Source: Phallusia mammillata
Taxonomy: Eukaryota
NCBI GenBank assembly: GCA_965637545.1
Contig: OZ281495.1
Coordinates: 28,024,001-28,088,000 of the forward strand
Length of the DNA: 64,000 bases
Direction: 5' to 3'
Shown here: positions 12,901 to 25,000 of the stretch, one piece after another
Layout of the letters: each line of letters opens with the position of its first letter
Position numbering within the stretch: the first letter of the stretch is position 1
Program-made: the position numbers and the translations under genes
The notes under the pieces: generated by a model
Databases searched by the model: none
Seen by the model: the letters and a program-made list of their open reading frames with translations, nothing else
What the model was told of the DNA's origin: nothing

Positions 12901-15900
12901 TTGTTAGATAACTCAGATCTAACTGGATAAAACTATACAAAACCGACGTTTAAATAATGTTTTACCCACATTGCGACTTGCTTTAATAAGGAGTATTGAT
13001 CCTAGAACTGGGTTATTTGTTTATCTTGCTGTTGTAAAACTGATTAAACGTACATTGCGTTTTCATGTGTCAGATTTCTTGGTAAATAAAATGTTTAGAC
13101 TTGTTACTTAAACTTCAAGCAACAAATAATAATCAATTGAAACCCTTGTTGATGGCAGGATAGCTAATAACCTGTGACACTTAAATAATATATATTTTCA
13201 TACTGATGCAATTGTATTGATTTGGAGATTTAAATTCGTCCATGAAATACGAAAACAAAATAATGATGCAGGCATTTTTTACAGATTTTAAAATACGACA
13301 AATAATATCAAAATGGGGGGAGGGAGTTTCTTAGATTGTTATTCTATTTAATAACAAAAATGCCAACCGTGGTAAACAATGTACCTGCATGTTTACCGGA
13401 TGTTTTCTACTAAGTCACAACACCACATTGCATCTACATCACGATGATTAATATTAGAATTGTAAAGGTAATTAGTTAATCACTGTTTTCTACTTTTGAC
13501 CATATTCCCTTGCAGTCACAAGAAAGGTTTGATTAATAATCGCTTGATTGTTTTGTTTTTAATTGTCTTTAGACGACGTAACCTGCTCGGTTTCTAAGAA
13601 CTCCTGAAATATATCTGTCACGTTTTACCTGTTTCCGCTTCTATAACTTTGCTCAGTTTTTTTATGAAACAAATTATACAACCTTGCATAATTCTGACAA
13701 ATAAGCTGTAACTTTTCGAACAAAAATTTAAAACAAAAACTCATGTGTTCACAAAATCAGATTTGCATTTTTGTTGGTAAATTTTACTCGTAATTTATTT
13801 ATGGCTGCTGTATATATTTTTCAGCGAAAACTAGCGACTGTGACGCATTCAGACCATATTGGTTTCGGTTAGGGTGTGCTGAATACATAATGACTTACAC
13901 TTGCAAAAAAGCACGTCTACAAACATTAGACATTGCGCATTGCAGCATATACCTAGACCAAAACAGCTTATATATTTTTTCTTAAAATGATAGTTGATAC
14001 TAACTTCTCTGTGAAAAATTATAAAAATTGTTGGGTGTTGGTCAAGTGCAATAAATTATAAAACAAAAAGGCAAAAAAAATACACCAACTGTTAAACACC
14101 TTGCAATAGATTTAGGAAAATAACGCAAACTGAATGCTTATGTAATCGTTTGCAAATCAAGAGCATGGCCGCGCTTTCATGAAACCTGCAAATCAATCTC
14201 ATTGGAAAATATCACATATCACACAAAGTTTTGTTAAAACACAGAAACTAAATCTCTTGTAATACTTGTGGGACGTTACGATGTAAATAATACCAACGTG
14301 CTTTTGTGAAATTTAGGTGTTCAATAGAACCGAACATAAACTATTCGCATAGGTTAAGTGCATGGCAAAAACTTTTCAAACATTTGTGCGAACATGCATA
14401 AAATCTAGTTACATATACAATTTATAATTGTTTATAATAAAATTCCATCCACTAAGTTTTGCCATTATAAAACGTTAAGTTACACGTTTACCCCGAAAAG
14501 GCTGGTGTAATGTCAAGGCCCTCTTCCTAACCGTTGATTAAAACTAACTTGAGGACTTAAATAAATAGTTGAATTTTAAGTCTTGCATAAACGCTATTGA
14601 TTGTCTGCTCAAATTACGACTGTTTGTTTAAATGACCCTGCAGGGCAAATCTATATGGTTACTTTTGACAGCTGGGGTATGGAATCGCGCAGGCCGCAAA
14701 TCAATGCAGCCAAATCTATTGATTTGCGCGGATTAAGAGAGATTTCGTTGCGGTGACACGAAAATTCCATCTTACAAAAACCTGGCTTTCAGCACACAGC
14801 TGTGACAAACTGCCCCTTGGACCTTAAAATTCAGTTCTAATATTACAGTATATACACATTGGACATAGTATTAAAGTACTTCTGTGGGCTAAATGAGACT
14901 GCAAGGTATTTCGAAACTGCGAAGCGCACAAAATTTCTGCAAAGCAAGGAAATTGTCACAACGCCAGCAAAACCCCTAAACTAGATAGGCATCAAGTAAC
15001 ATGACTTGTCTTATCGGCCTTTTAACTTTTCATAAGGTTTTAGTTCAAATCAGTTAAAAACGTCGACATGCCCAAAGAACAATTATTGGATAGTTACCAA
15101 CAAAATTTAAGCTCTTCCAGCAGTCTTTATTATACTGCGTTTCTTACCACCGTGTGTATTGTGTGTTTCACCGACGTTTTTGCCTTAAAACAACTTTGTG
15201 TTCTCTCATCATCACCCTGATGAAGGTGTCTCGAATGGGACATCGAAACGTCGGCATATTATAATAAAGACTGCTGGAAGAGCTTAAAATTTGTTGATAC
15301 ATTATGCCTGGCAGAAACAGTTTATTTAATGGATAGTCACATTGTCCATCTTAAGGGATAAAAGCGCGGTGTCAACGAGTTTTGTGCAGTCAACTGCAAA
15401 AGAGCCGTTATTGTATCTTTTATCGTAAATCACCATGGTTGACGGAAAAATACGTAGCTCTCATCTTACCTGTTAATGGCGATGAGCATGAGGTTAGCTA
15501 CCGAGCAGGTGCACGTGACCGTGACGGTGTAACCTGCAACCTTGCATGCAACATCCGGGAGTGCGTTACCACCAGCAACCACGTTCGCGATCACGGTGGG
15601 CATGACGAACCCGGTAACCTGAAAGTCAAAGATTCAATATTAAATGATTGTAACATAACTATATTTGCTTGTGCATGTTTCTAATAATAAGGACTCTTTC
15701 CCAAAGACGAAAGCCAATGTTTTTTGAACTGCATACGCCAGCCCAGAGAGGTCTTTGAAGAAACAGACGTTAATACTTAAAATCATGAAAAATATACTAG
15801 TATGTGACGACTTTGGAAACTGTACAGATCGACAAGCATTAAACGAGTCTTAAATAGCAACGTAACATGAAATAATTTGACACACAAAATGGAAAATAAG

Positions 15901-18900
15901 TATTGTGGTCCATAATACAAGAGTCCGCAGAAAAAGCATTACTCAATACATTATGCAAGCTTGTGTGTTGTGGTTTACATAGAGCGGTGAATATACACAG
16001 CACACGTTTCTCCAGTGGTTGTTTAGATTAGTAACTGCATGCACCTAAGACGCCGCTTCCGGAACAGTGCGATAATCCCTCCCGGTCTTTACTCAAACGG
16101 GATTTGTCGAACGTGATTACGAAGCTTATTGCATTCGGCACTTAAAATAGTGAATGAGCATGGCATGATCAATAGTGAAAAAGAATGACAATTCATAATT
16201 CAGATTCAGCCGACAATCTCCTCTGGTAGAATTATCAATAGTAAACATCATAAAAACCTGCTACAATGACCGGCAAATGCGTTAAATGTCAAGTGTTCCT
16301 AGGATTTTTAGAATTCTAGTTGAAAAACAAACGCAATCCGGAAGGAACAAAGCTATATCCAGTGGCAATGTATTGGCTAAATGACTACTGGGAAAAATTC
16401 TAAAGGCATCAAAGGGTAAGCTTAGGTGAAGATGCGGTTGTGGCCGAATGGCAATTCCAGGAAAAGAGAGGGATTTACCCCTTACCCTGTTACATGCATC
16501 GTTGGTGAACTGTCTTGACACAGTGCACTACGTTTCTCATTACATGCTCCTGAAAGTTGAACCTTTCTATAACCTGAAACCCGGATGCACATTTCAAATT
16601 CATATGGGAGCAGTTTGGCTTCGGTTAACCATGCCTAATTTTCGCATGTACATTAAACGAAGGGGGAGGCAAATAAAACAAAGAACAAAGCGTGTCTTAC
16701 TACATCAGTACAGATAAAAGCATAAATCGTTTCTTTTAATAACAGAAATATCGTAAGAGAACACATAATACTGCCAAAAATAGCAGGGATTCGCTTGACG
16801 TATCAATTTTTTATGAAACAGTCCAATACTATACTGATCAGAAGCAAGAATCTTTCTTTTATACATTTTATTGTCTGCGGGAGATTCGCTTAATAACAAA
16901 ACTGTTTCAGCTTACTACATCAGCAAATTTTTTTATTTCGTCCTGAATATTATGCCATTTTCTCCATGGTGACGTTATGTGAACTTAAATAATTTGAACA
17001 TAAGATGAATATATTAAACACAATGTTACTAAGCCAGTCTTAAACCAGAAGGGGGAACAGTAATGCCAGTCTAAACAAGTATTGCACAACAACCTTTGTG
17101 CAAGCACAAACGAGAAGGTACCGGAGTGGGTGATGCAAACGTTATCGGCAAATAGGTCAAATCAGCCAGAGAGTTCGTCATTCCACTTACTGCGAAAAAC
17201 CTAATAACGTCCTGGGGCCATTGGTCGGAAAATTAAGTCCGATTGGAGGCCGCATATTTCAGCGAAATTGCCACGAATGCTCATTCGTTACTGCACTTTC
17301 AATCTCAATTTTGCCGGTTGCTAAGTGCGATTCTCCCAACTTCAGCTTACTGGGAAATAAGTGACGTTCCTTGCGCTTTAGCAAGGTGGGAAATTTTTGT
17401 TCAAGCACTTTTTCCGCCTGAAATTCACTATAACTGGAAACTTAAAACTTTCCCAGGGATCAATAGCAACTTGCATAAAACGAAAACGGAAGCAAAGTTT
17501 CAATACTAAATTTATAGAGCAACTAGAACTTTATTCTTGAAAGAGTTCAATGGATTTCAGTCAAGTGTGTTTTTTCCCTAATTACTTTTACTGTTTAAAA
17601 AAAACACAGCATATAAACGAATTATTCATCTAGGCCAGGGCATATTTTCAACAGGTGGCAGTTTGCAGCAAAAAACACACAACAAAATAAACTTTTAACA
17701 TACGCACGTCATTCTTATCGGCGCGTATATTGAAAATCAAAATTGAGTAGATGTCAGGTTGAAACGAAATCAACTGTTTTGTAGGATAAGATCAATATCT
17801 CGTTCAATTATAACTTAATTACACCTGTCATATTTCTGTAAAATGTGAATCAGAATTACAAATAACATTTCAAAAGAACGTAACAGCAATGCTTCCCACA
17901 TACGACATTTGACAAGTATTTGTTTATCTGTAAAAAATAGTTTTCTTGTTTACCCATGTAAAATATAAAATGTAAGGGAAAACCTACAGAAAACAAATAT
18001 TTTTTTATAGCAAAATTGCATGTTACGCAGGGTTGCTATAACCAAACCAATATTGTCAAACCTTATTGGGCAATTATAGTGCTTGGAAGCAACCGTTTAC
18101 ATGGAAGAAAACTTAACACGTCTTTGTAAGAACACGTTTACTTGGGGTAATTTTTGATTGGAAATAGCTTGTGCAAAAGAAATTCAAACAAGCAGTAAAC
18201 TTTTGCAATTCAATTAACATCATGTCGACTGTACCTTGACAAGTTGTTCGTATCGTCCAATTCAATCAATGCTTGTAATTAGTTCTTGCGCTCTTAATGT
18301 GGTTTCAGTTTTTGTGGTTCGTTTCAGCAGAACGTGACATTTCCCTACAGACTGGTTCGGTAGTGTCTCAGCATAATTACTTTCTACTTCAAAAAGCATT
18401 TCGTGCCAATAAAATAGCCGCAAAGGTTTAGATGTATGTCAAATGTACGTCCGAAGGCGGTATGGACTAAGGTAAAAAGTAACAATGCAAAGTACTTGTA
18501 CCCTAGTTGGCAAATTCTCACATAAATTACAAACGTAATTTAAATGGCACTCAACACTGAGAGATTTGCGTGGTTAAATACTGATTTTTTTGTCGCAAAC
18601 TACATCAAAATCCGGCAAATCCAATTTGGCCATCAACACCCATTAAGTTATGACACACAAAACCTTCCCAACAGAAAAAAGAATCACAACCCACTGTGAC
18701 GTAAAAAAACGTCGCTATGTCCTCGAAGTGAATTCCTGCTTGGCTAAATCTAAGTGCCAATTTGCCAAAGTGACGCAATAATACAACATCATGACGTCAC
18801 AGTGATCTACTTACCAGCAAATCCGCTACAGCTAAGTTGATGACGAAAGCGTTTCCATGTGCGTGGACTCGATTCTCGACAACAATCGAAAAAATAACAG

Positions 18901-19063
18901 TCAGATTTCCGAAACATCCCAAAACCACTACTATGGAAAGGTAGAAGACTTCAAAGTATTGCTGTGGCCCCATGGGTCCGCTCCAGGGGTTCGGGTCAAC
19001 TGTGGTGGTAAAGTTTGAGGCCCCAGTGATGTTGGTTAATCCAAGTAAAGGTTCGGTGGTCAT
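923..19063 (-). CDS. Class A GPCR, melatonin-receptor-like (MTNR1/GPR50-like), 10 exons, 617 aa
   Basis: Exons (minus): 19063-18815, 15618-15470, 12155-12021, 10734-10606, 5573-5363, 4884-4706, 2940-2838, 2469-2344, 2009-1719, 1204-923. All introns are GT-AG and phase-compatible; total 1854 nt. Motifs: N-glycosylation sequons NIT/NFT, TM1 GN, TM2 NLAVADLL, TM3 Cys and AINRY (NRY as in melatonin receptors), ECL2 Cys, TM5 FVP..FCY, TM6 FCVCWLPY, TM7/H8 NSAVNFVIYGAMNPVFRRGY (cf. melatonin receptor NSCLNAIIYGLLNQNFRKEY). The 7TM exons are secure; joining the last four exons rests on phase continuity. Confidence 0.88.
6000..6071 (-). repeat. Degenerate copy of the hammerhead-containing repeat found at 58574-58655
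   Basis: The reverse complement reads TCATATCACTGATGATGGCATGAGCATTTGGCAAAACGTTTGAACA, versus TCATATCACTGATGATGGCATGAGCATTTGCCGAAACGTTTGAACA at 58585-58630 (2 differences). Flanks are also similar. Confidence 0.8.
6611..6922 (-). mobile_element. Possible decayed LINE (L2/CR1-like) reverse-transcriptase C-terminal fragment
   Basis: The ORF contains INIVRKVRNRLSKSVGKV..KQTIFDIKALENFF, reminiscent by eye of the HI..V..KLSKSIGIL...F....L..Y segment that follows the RT domain in L2/CR1 elements. No catalytic YxDD motif was seen. Confidence 0.3.
15098..15296 (+). mobile_element. Approx. 200-bp hairpin element (37-bp inverted arms) carrying a hammerhead core; probably a Penelope-like pseudo-LTR remnant
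   Basis: Arms 15098-15134 and 15260-15296 are reverse complements at 36/37 positions. The right arm contains AATAAA. The hammerhead core lies between the arms. Confidence 0.7.
15215..15254 (+). ncRNA. Minimal type I hammerhead ribozyme motif
   Basis: CC-CTGATGA-A-GGTGTCTC/GAAT/GGGACATC-GAA-ACGT-C-GG. This gives both conserved core boxes, an 8-bp helix II with two G-U pairs, a palindromic ACGU helix III and a GUC cleavage triplet. Helix I is only 2 bp. Confidence 0.6.
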
Positions 19064-19112
19064 TGTGTTTGATGGAAGGGATCAGGCTCACTGGTCATCA
19101 GTTCAGAATTGT

Positions 19113-19124
19113 CTTATATATAAG
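19113..19124 (-). promoter_or_regulatory. Candidate TATA box of the GPCR gene
   Basis: CTTATATATAAG lies about 50-60 nt upstream of the ATG at 19063. An Inr-like CCAGT follows about 25-30 nt downstream on the minus strand. Confidence 0.45.
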
Positions 19125-22100
19125 GCTTAATGCTTAAGTGCCGTTGTTTACAGTCTGTTGAGTAGCAAAGCTGCGTATAAAAGGTGGAGACTTCAAAATT
19201 TGTTTGAAACTAGGCGCCATAGCATAGGAACTATGATTTAAAAAAAACAAAAAAAATACGAAGTCTTAAATAACATTAAAACAATATTCTCAAGTGATCA
19301 TTAGGCTCTATCTGCAACCTAAACAAGCATGCTCTAATCTAAACAATATAAACCAAGTTGTAAAACAGCATCTTGTCCTTAGCTTGCAACACGCTAGAAC
19401 GTGACAACGGAAACTGCATATGAACTGATGACTAAGTTCCTAACCGAACGTTGCTGCATAGGCGAGATTCACTACTATGTTGCTGATACTTCACAGTAAA
19501 CTTTGACTCTTCTTGCTTTGCCCTGCACAGTTCCTGTTTGGTTGTTTTTGTTATAGCTTCATGTTTGGTGCAAAATCAATGACCAGCATTAAACGCTTAT
19601 ACAACGCTAACAAAATCAATTGTTCGAATTACAAACCTTCCCAACAACAAATGATATTTTTGAACATTATACACAAATCTGTTCAAATGTTTTACGTTTC
19701 ATTAAGTATGTCGTTTTTTTACATTTGCTTGAACCGGTAAACTCCTTATAAAATCGACAAATTTATACAACAGAAAAAGACTCAGTGGATTTGTAATAGT
19801 TGCTATTGTTATAAACGTTTACACGCATACCTAATTAGCACAGTGAATGATGAGTCCTAATACCTCGTAAAATATTAATTATGATTTGCACAGAGGTTCC
19901 ACTGTCATTTGCAAGTGTCATGCAAGAAGAAATGAGTAACGGTTATACATGATAAACCTGGACCTCTTTGCCTGGTCAAACGGTAAGTCGACGTCTGTCA
20001 TGTAATGCTCAAAATAAACTTAAAGGTTAAGTTGGCGTAAATTATACTGCAAGGATTTTATTGCGTCCCAAAGCAACAGCAAAATTGCGAATTTACTTGG
20101 AAAATTAAAACCTTTTACGTTAAGTCGACAAGACACTCCAATAGCAATTCAAGCAAACAATACGTATTTATCTTCCACATAACAATACACTGCTGATCCA
20201 AAACTATACATACACACTGCTTTACTGGCTCACTTAGGCAGTAGCGTTAGCACGTACACAGCAAACTACCTCAAGCTTGAGCTTTCTTACAACAGCGATG
20301 ACTTGAACAGTTTCCAATTACCCAAGTAAAACTATTTAGTGGTTGAGGCGCACATAGCACAGCGGTTGAGGGCTAACAACTGCGTGTTAGCGGAAAGGTT
20401 TAGTTGAAAACAGACGAGAAAAGGCGAAAAAATCCCCGCCGCTGGATGTACGTGACGTCACAGGCTACGCGATTTTATGTTAGTGTTGAAATTCTGGTAA
20501 GTCCGCGCATAACTTCCAAGCTAATTAAAGCGGAATTTTCGAAGAAAACAAACAAGTTCAAACCTGTCATGCCGAGATGGAAAATGTATTATTATAGTTT
20601 TAAGATAGATGCTTTAGCGATTTGAAATCATACCAAACTTCAAGGATACATATTCAAGCAATTCAAAATACATATTTTAGGATAAATACATAATTTGTGC
20701 GGCCGAAATTTATCTTGAACCAATCAGATGCCGCTTCTGAGAAAAAGCAGCAAACCGCAGGCTCGTATACATATAACAAGCTCAGTAGTTGCAGCAGTGG
20801 CTATCGAAACAATGTGCCTTTATTCATAGGCCAAAATACAAGCTTCGCCTCATTAGGTTTAAACTTGAGAGCTTCCCAAACTCATAAGCCGGCCTTTTCA
20901 CTCAAATCAAACCACAGCAAACCTAACCAGCACTTTATTACTTGCTACTAAGTCTTGTACACTTGCAATGACCCAGAGCAGGTTGCAAAACGCGGCAGGT
21001 CATATTACTCTGATTCAGCATGCGCATACAAGTCATCCTGATATGACTACTTAATTCTAGTGTATCAAAACCCTTCTGTTGACTTCCTACTTGCCGACAC
21101 AGGCATTCTTTCATCGACAGAGATATTGTGGCGCGCTGATGTGTCTGCGGGCGCGTTTTATAATACTATCGGTAACAAAGTCGCGCATTAGATGAATAGG
21201 AACCTACGGAATTCGAGGTATTACTTGCAAAACTTTTTTATTGTTAGGAAACGACACTCATAAGCGTTCAGATCGCTGTCAAAATTTATGAACAACAAGG
21301 TCAAACTTAAGGTCTCGGGGCAACGTACTTTTAAATGATGGAAGCACGTCGAGCCAATACAGATTTTTTTAATTCAATGTATACGCTGTTACTGCCAAGT
21401 ATAATATCAATCTTTAAGATCTTTTCTTGCAATTAAATTTAAATACAACATTGATATTATGCCTGGAAGCAACAACTTATAAACTTAAGGTCGATTGAAT
21501 TTACATACTTCATGAGTCCTGACTTTAATGTTGACCTTGAATATGGTAACTTAAATTGGTCACTTTGGTTTAGGTTTGACTGCATATCCAATACAGGTAC
21601 ATTTATCCAAAACCAACCAACATATATTAGCATTAACGCCATACATGTCAACAAAATTACTGGTACGTTCAATCGCTGACTTTGCTATAGTTTAGGTTTG
21701 GCCCCATAACAAACGCTGGCAATTTGAACCTCAAAAATGTCATAGCCAAACTTTTCAAGGCTAAATCCAAGCCGGAAAGGAGAATTTACACGCATAAGCG
21801 CCGGCAGTGCTAAGCATCAACGCAAGTCGGTGGTTTTTGCTGGTTGAGTCATTGGTCTATGTTTAGGTGTTCAAGTCGATTCCCAATACCCGCTGCAGAC
21901 CTGTTTATCAGATAAGACTTGAACCCACTACATACTCGCTTGACGTCACAAAACGGCTATGTCTGTGTTACGACGAATAGGTGATAAGTTAACTCAAGCG
22001 ATAAGTCTGAAAGGTTGCAGTTCTTGTTTTAATTTAACTTCCGTTAAGGCAGAGTGCTTCCATTCCACGTATAGAAAGTGAAATGCGGCAAACACTAACA

Positions 22101-23180
22101 AATTTTTCACGCAAAACACCCAATACTGCCGTGTTTTTAGTTGGCAAAAACTACAAACATAGTTGACATGATAAATCACGTTATATTTCTTAGTTTTTTT
22201 CTATCTGCATGAAACAAACGGAGTGACCCTCAGATTATAGAATTTTCAAAATAAGCAGCTAATACTGTTGTGTTGTTCACTACGTTTGACAAAAAATACA
22301 CAAAAATTATTTGACAAAAATTGTACGATCACGCTAAATTTTGTTACAACAAAATGTTATTGCAATTTTCATAAGAGCGTACAGAATGACCCTCAAATCC
22401 TGAACAGTGATGCGTGGTAGATTTCACGTTGTTGTGATGAAACTACAAGTTTTAAGCGCCTTTAACAAGGCAAAACAAGTTTTAAACGTCTTTCAAATTG
22501 ATGAATCACACATCGTTAATTGAGCAGGGCTAATTATGAAACTAATAGAGTATAAGCATGTAATAACGGGTGTACATGTTTTCCTTTAACTTTATTGTTG
22601 AGTATTAGCATAAAGATAAATAAGTGGAGATACAGTTTATGTCGTGAATAACTATTGTGTGCAGTGCTTGCAGTCTACAATTAGGAGCCGGGTATTGCAT
22701 GGTAATACACAACCAACACAGTCTTCACACCTGAACGAACACACCGTCACGCTTGGCCACCAAGAGCGTAAGCTGAAACAGAAGCTTCGTTTGACGTAAC
22801 AAACCAGTTCAACAGCACTTGTGTACCAGATAGCGTACACAAATCGCAAAGCGTTGTCATGAAAAGCATGGTAAATTGGGTCAAGCCTTAACCGTGTACA
22901 TTATAGGTACCTACATTGCTGCACTTCGCAGGCTACCTTACAGTTTTTGCAGATTTCAATGTAAAAAAGCGACGATAGAGTAGTTTTCGTTACGAATGCG
23001 TTTTCTCAGGCTTATCGAGTGCCCGTGTTTAAAGTAAAAACTGTGCTCGATCATTGCAAATAGGTCAGATGATCGGTGCAACAATGGGCAAGCTTAAATG
23101 CACAACGCTGCACATTTGGGTACAGCTTTTTGGATCGAACAGTTTTGGTTCTGAACAATAAACACTCCGTTCATCTTAGT

Positions 23181-23225
23181 AATATATAAATACGTACATG
23201 TACCATAATATATAAATACGTACAT
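23181..23225. repeat. Short tandem duplication (26-bp period)
   Basis: AATATATAAATACGTACAT occurs at 23181 and 23207. Confidence 0.8.
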
Positions 23226-24332
23226 AAAAAGGCATAAAACCTCTTGATGCGTTTTGTTTTAACACTTCCACACTTGTATGTGTGTGATTTAAATACAGCA
23301 GTTGATCGCGCCAAAATCCGAATGGAAAGTAAAAGCCTATAAATGTATTAGGTCGTATTATAACAAAAAACGAAGTCAGAACAAGTGCACATACAATTCA
23401 ACTACCACAAAAAACTTTAAAAAACGAGTTTTTCCAGAATTGAACTTTGTATTTACGCATTTGAGAATAATCTCGTGGAGATTAAAGGTCATTGTATAAT
23501 AAGATCTAGAAAAGTAGCGTCTATACTTAAATGCGCCGACCTGCAAATTTTGGCCTTTCGTTCCCACAACCGCAATCGCATAATAGACTAGTATCATAAT
23601 ACGCATCAGTATATTTTGTTCAATTGTTAAATAATCGTTGCAATGTAACAGTCGCATATTATTCACAAAGAACAAGCGACCGACGCTGAAACTCTAACTA
23701 AAGCCACAATTACTTACAAAAACGCCACCAATCTATAGTTATTAAAACTTTCAGTCAAACTTTTTTCTATGTCTTTGTTTGATTGCTGCCTAAAAAATTG
23801 ACAAAGGATGAGACTACTGTAAAGAAAAGAATGAATTTAAGAAGAAATGCGTGTATCGGCGCAGACATAACAAAACTTAAACCACTACATTTACACTCCA
23901 AGCCTGTTCGCTAATCTATTCCTCAATCATCCTGAGATTCCTAATTATACTGTATGAAGCTTGTAGTCTACGACGTGAGCTCAATCTAAGTAGTTTCCTT
24001 GCTTTGAAAAAACGTTTACGCCCCAAATGAGATTGTATGCCTCCCGCTATAGTACTTCCGCATTTTGCCACCAAGCAATACTGCCGTCCGCAAGCTCAAC
24101 ACGCTCGATTTATCTGAGCTTCCCTGACGGGGAATCTGTCATGCACTTCACAGAAAAACGCAAACCTGGAAACTCAGTTTGTGCTCTTTAGTGACATGGC
24201 GTGTTGGGTGATTTATGCATAATTTTTAAGAACGATTTGTCACTACGATGATGCAATAACTGAAAGGCTATTGTTCTATTTTAAGTGTTGCTTTCTACCC
24301 ATAATGTAATGCCAAGGTGCGAGGGTTTAAAT

Positions 24333-24692
24333 TAGTGATGCACCGAAGTTTCGGTTGGCCGAAACATTTCGGCCGAATCCGCTGTTTTCCGATGTTTCGG
24401 TTTCGGCGCGAACTTTTTTGAAAATTCGGCCGAAACCGAACTTTTTTATTGCATGGAATTGAGGCCTTAAATTTTATTTACGCTCATACGAAACATAATA
24501 AATTAACTATTTGTTGTATCTATAAAACACTAGCCACGTTGTCTGCAAAATATTATATGTTTAGCAAAGCTTGCGCATTGTAAAAGTGATTTTAGTTTGT
24601 CAAAATTGAGTTCACTCGCATCAACAACACAAGGTTCTGTTGAAAACATCCAAAGAAACGGGGATTTTAGGTTCGGCCTGATTCGGCCGAAA
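24333..24692. mobile_element. Truncated MITE-like DNA transposon remnant upstream of UBL7
   Basis: Begins TAGTGATGCACCGAA and carries many subterminal CCGAA/TTCGG motifs at both ends. The matching right TIR is missing. Confidence 0.55.
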
Positions 24693-25000
24693 TTTATAAT
24701 TGTTTAGTTGCTTTTTGTCCGTGTAGATTCAACTTCGTCCGGTTAGATGTCTTTCATATTTCATCCTAAACTTTTCTTTAAATTTGAAGATCAGAAACAC
24801 TCATTTTTTGTTAAATTAAAACACATGCAACCGTTTTTATGATTTTTATTAATTATACAAACGCCTCGTCACGTTTTGCATGAATTGCTACCATTTTTGT
24901 TGAGTCACCGTATCTTTGTTTAAGTAACCACTCGTTGTCTGAATTGTTGTCTATTGCAAGTTATTTGAGAGCATCTAGGTTTTTGTTAGAAGTTCAAACA

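Noticed and set aside
13341-13355. ATTCTATTTAATAAC, resembling the ascidian spliced-leader sequence
   Set aside because: Imperfect, AT-rich match with no following GT donor or Sm site.
16260-16560. Stop-interrupted protein-like frame (LYPVAMYWLNDYWEKF*...LPCYMHRW*)
   Set aside because: May be a decayed transposon, but there is no diagnostic motif to support a call.
19094-19450. CTGATGA boxes at about 19094-19100 (minus) and 19425 (plus)
   Set aside because: No helix II followed by GAAA, so these are not hammerheads.
21457-21672. 71-aa minus ORF with a hydrophobic N-terminal stretch
   Set aside because: TTG start, no downstream exons and no recognisable family.
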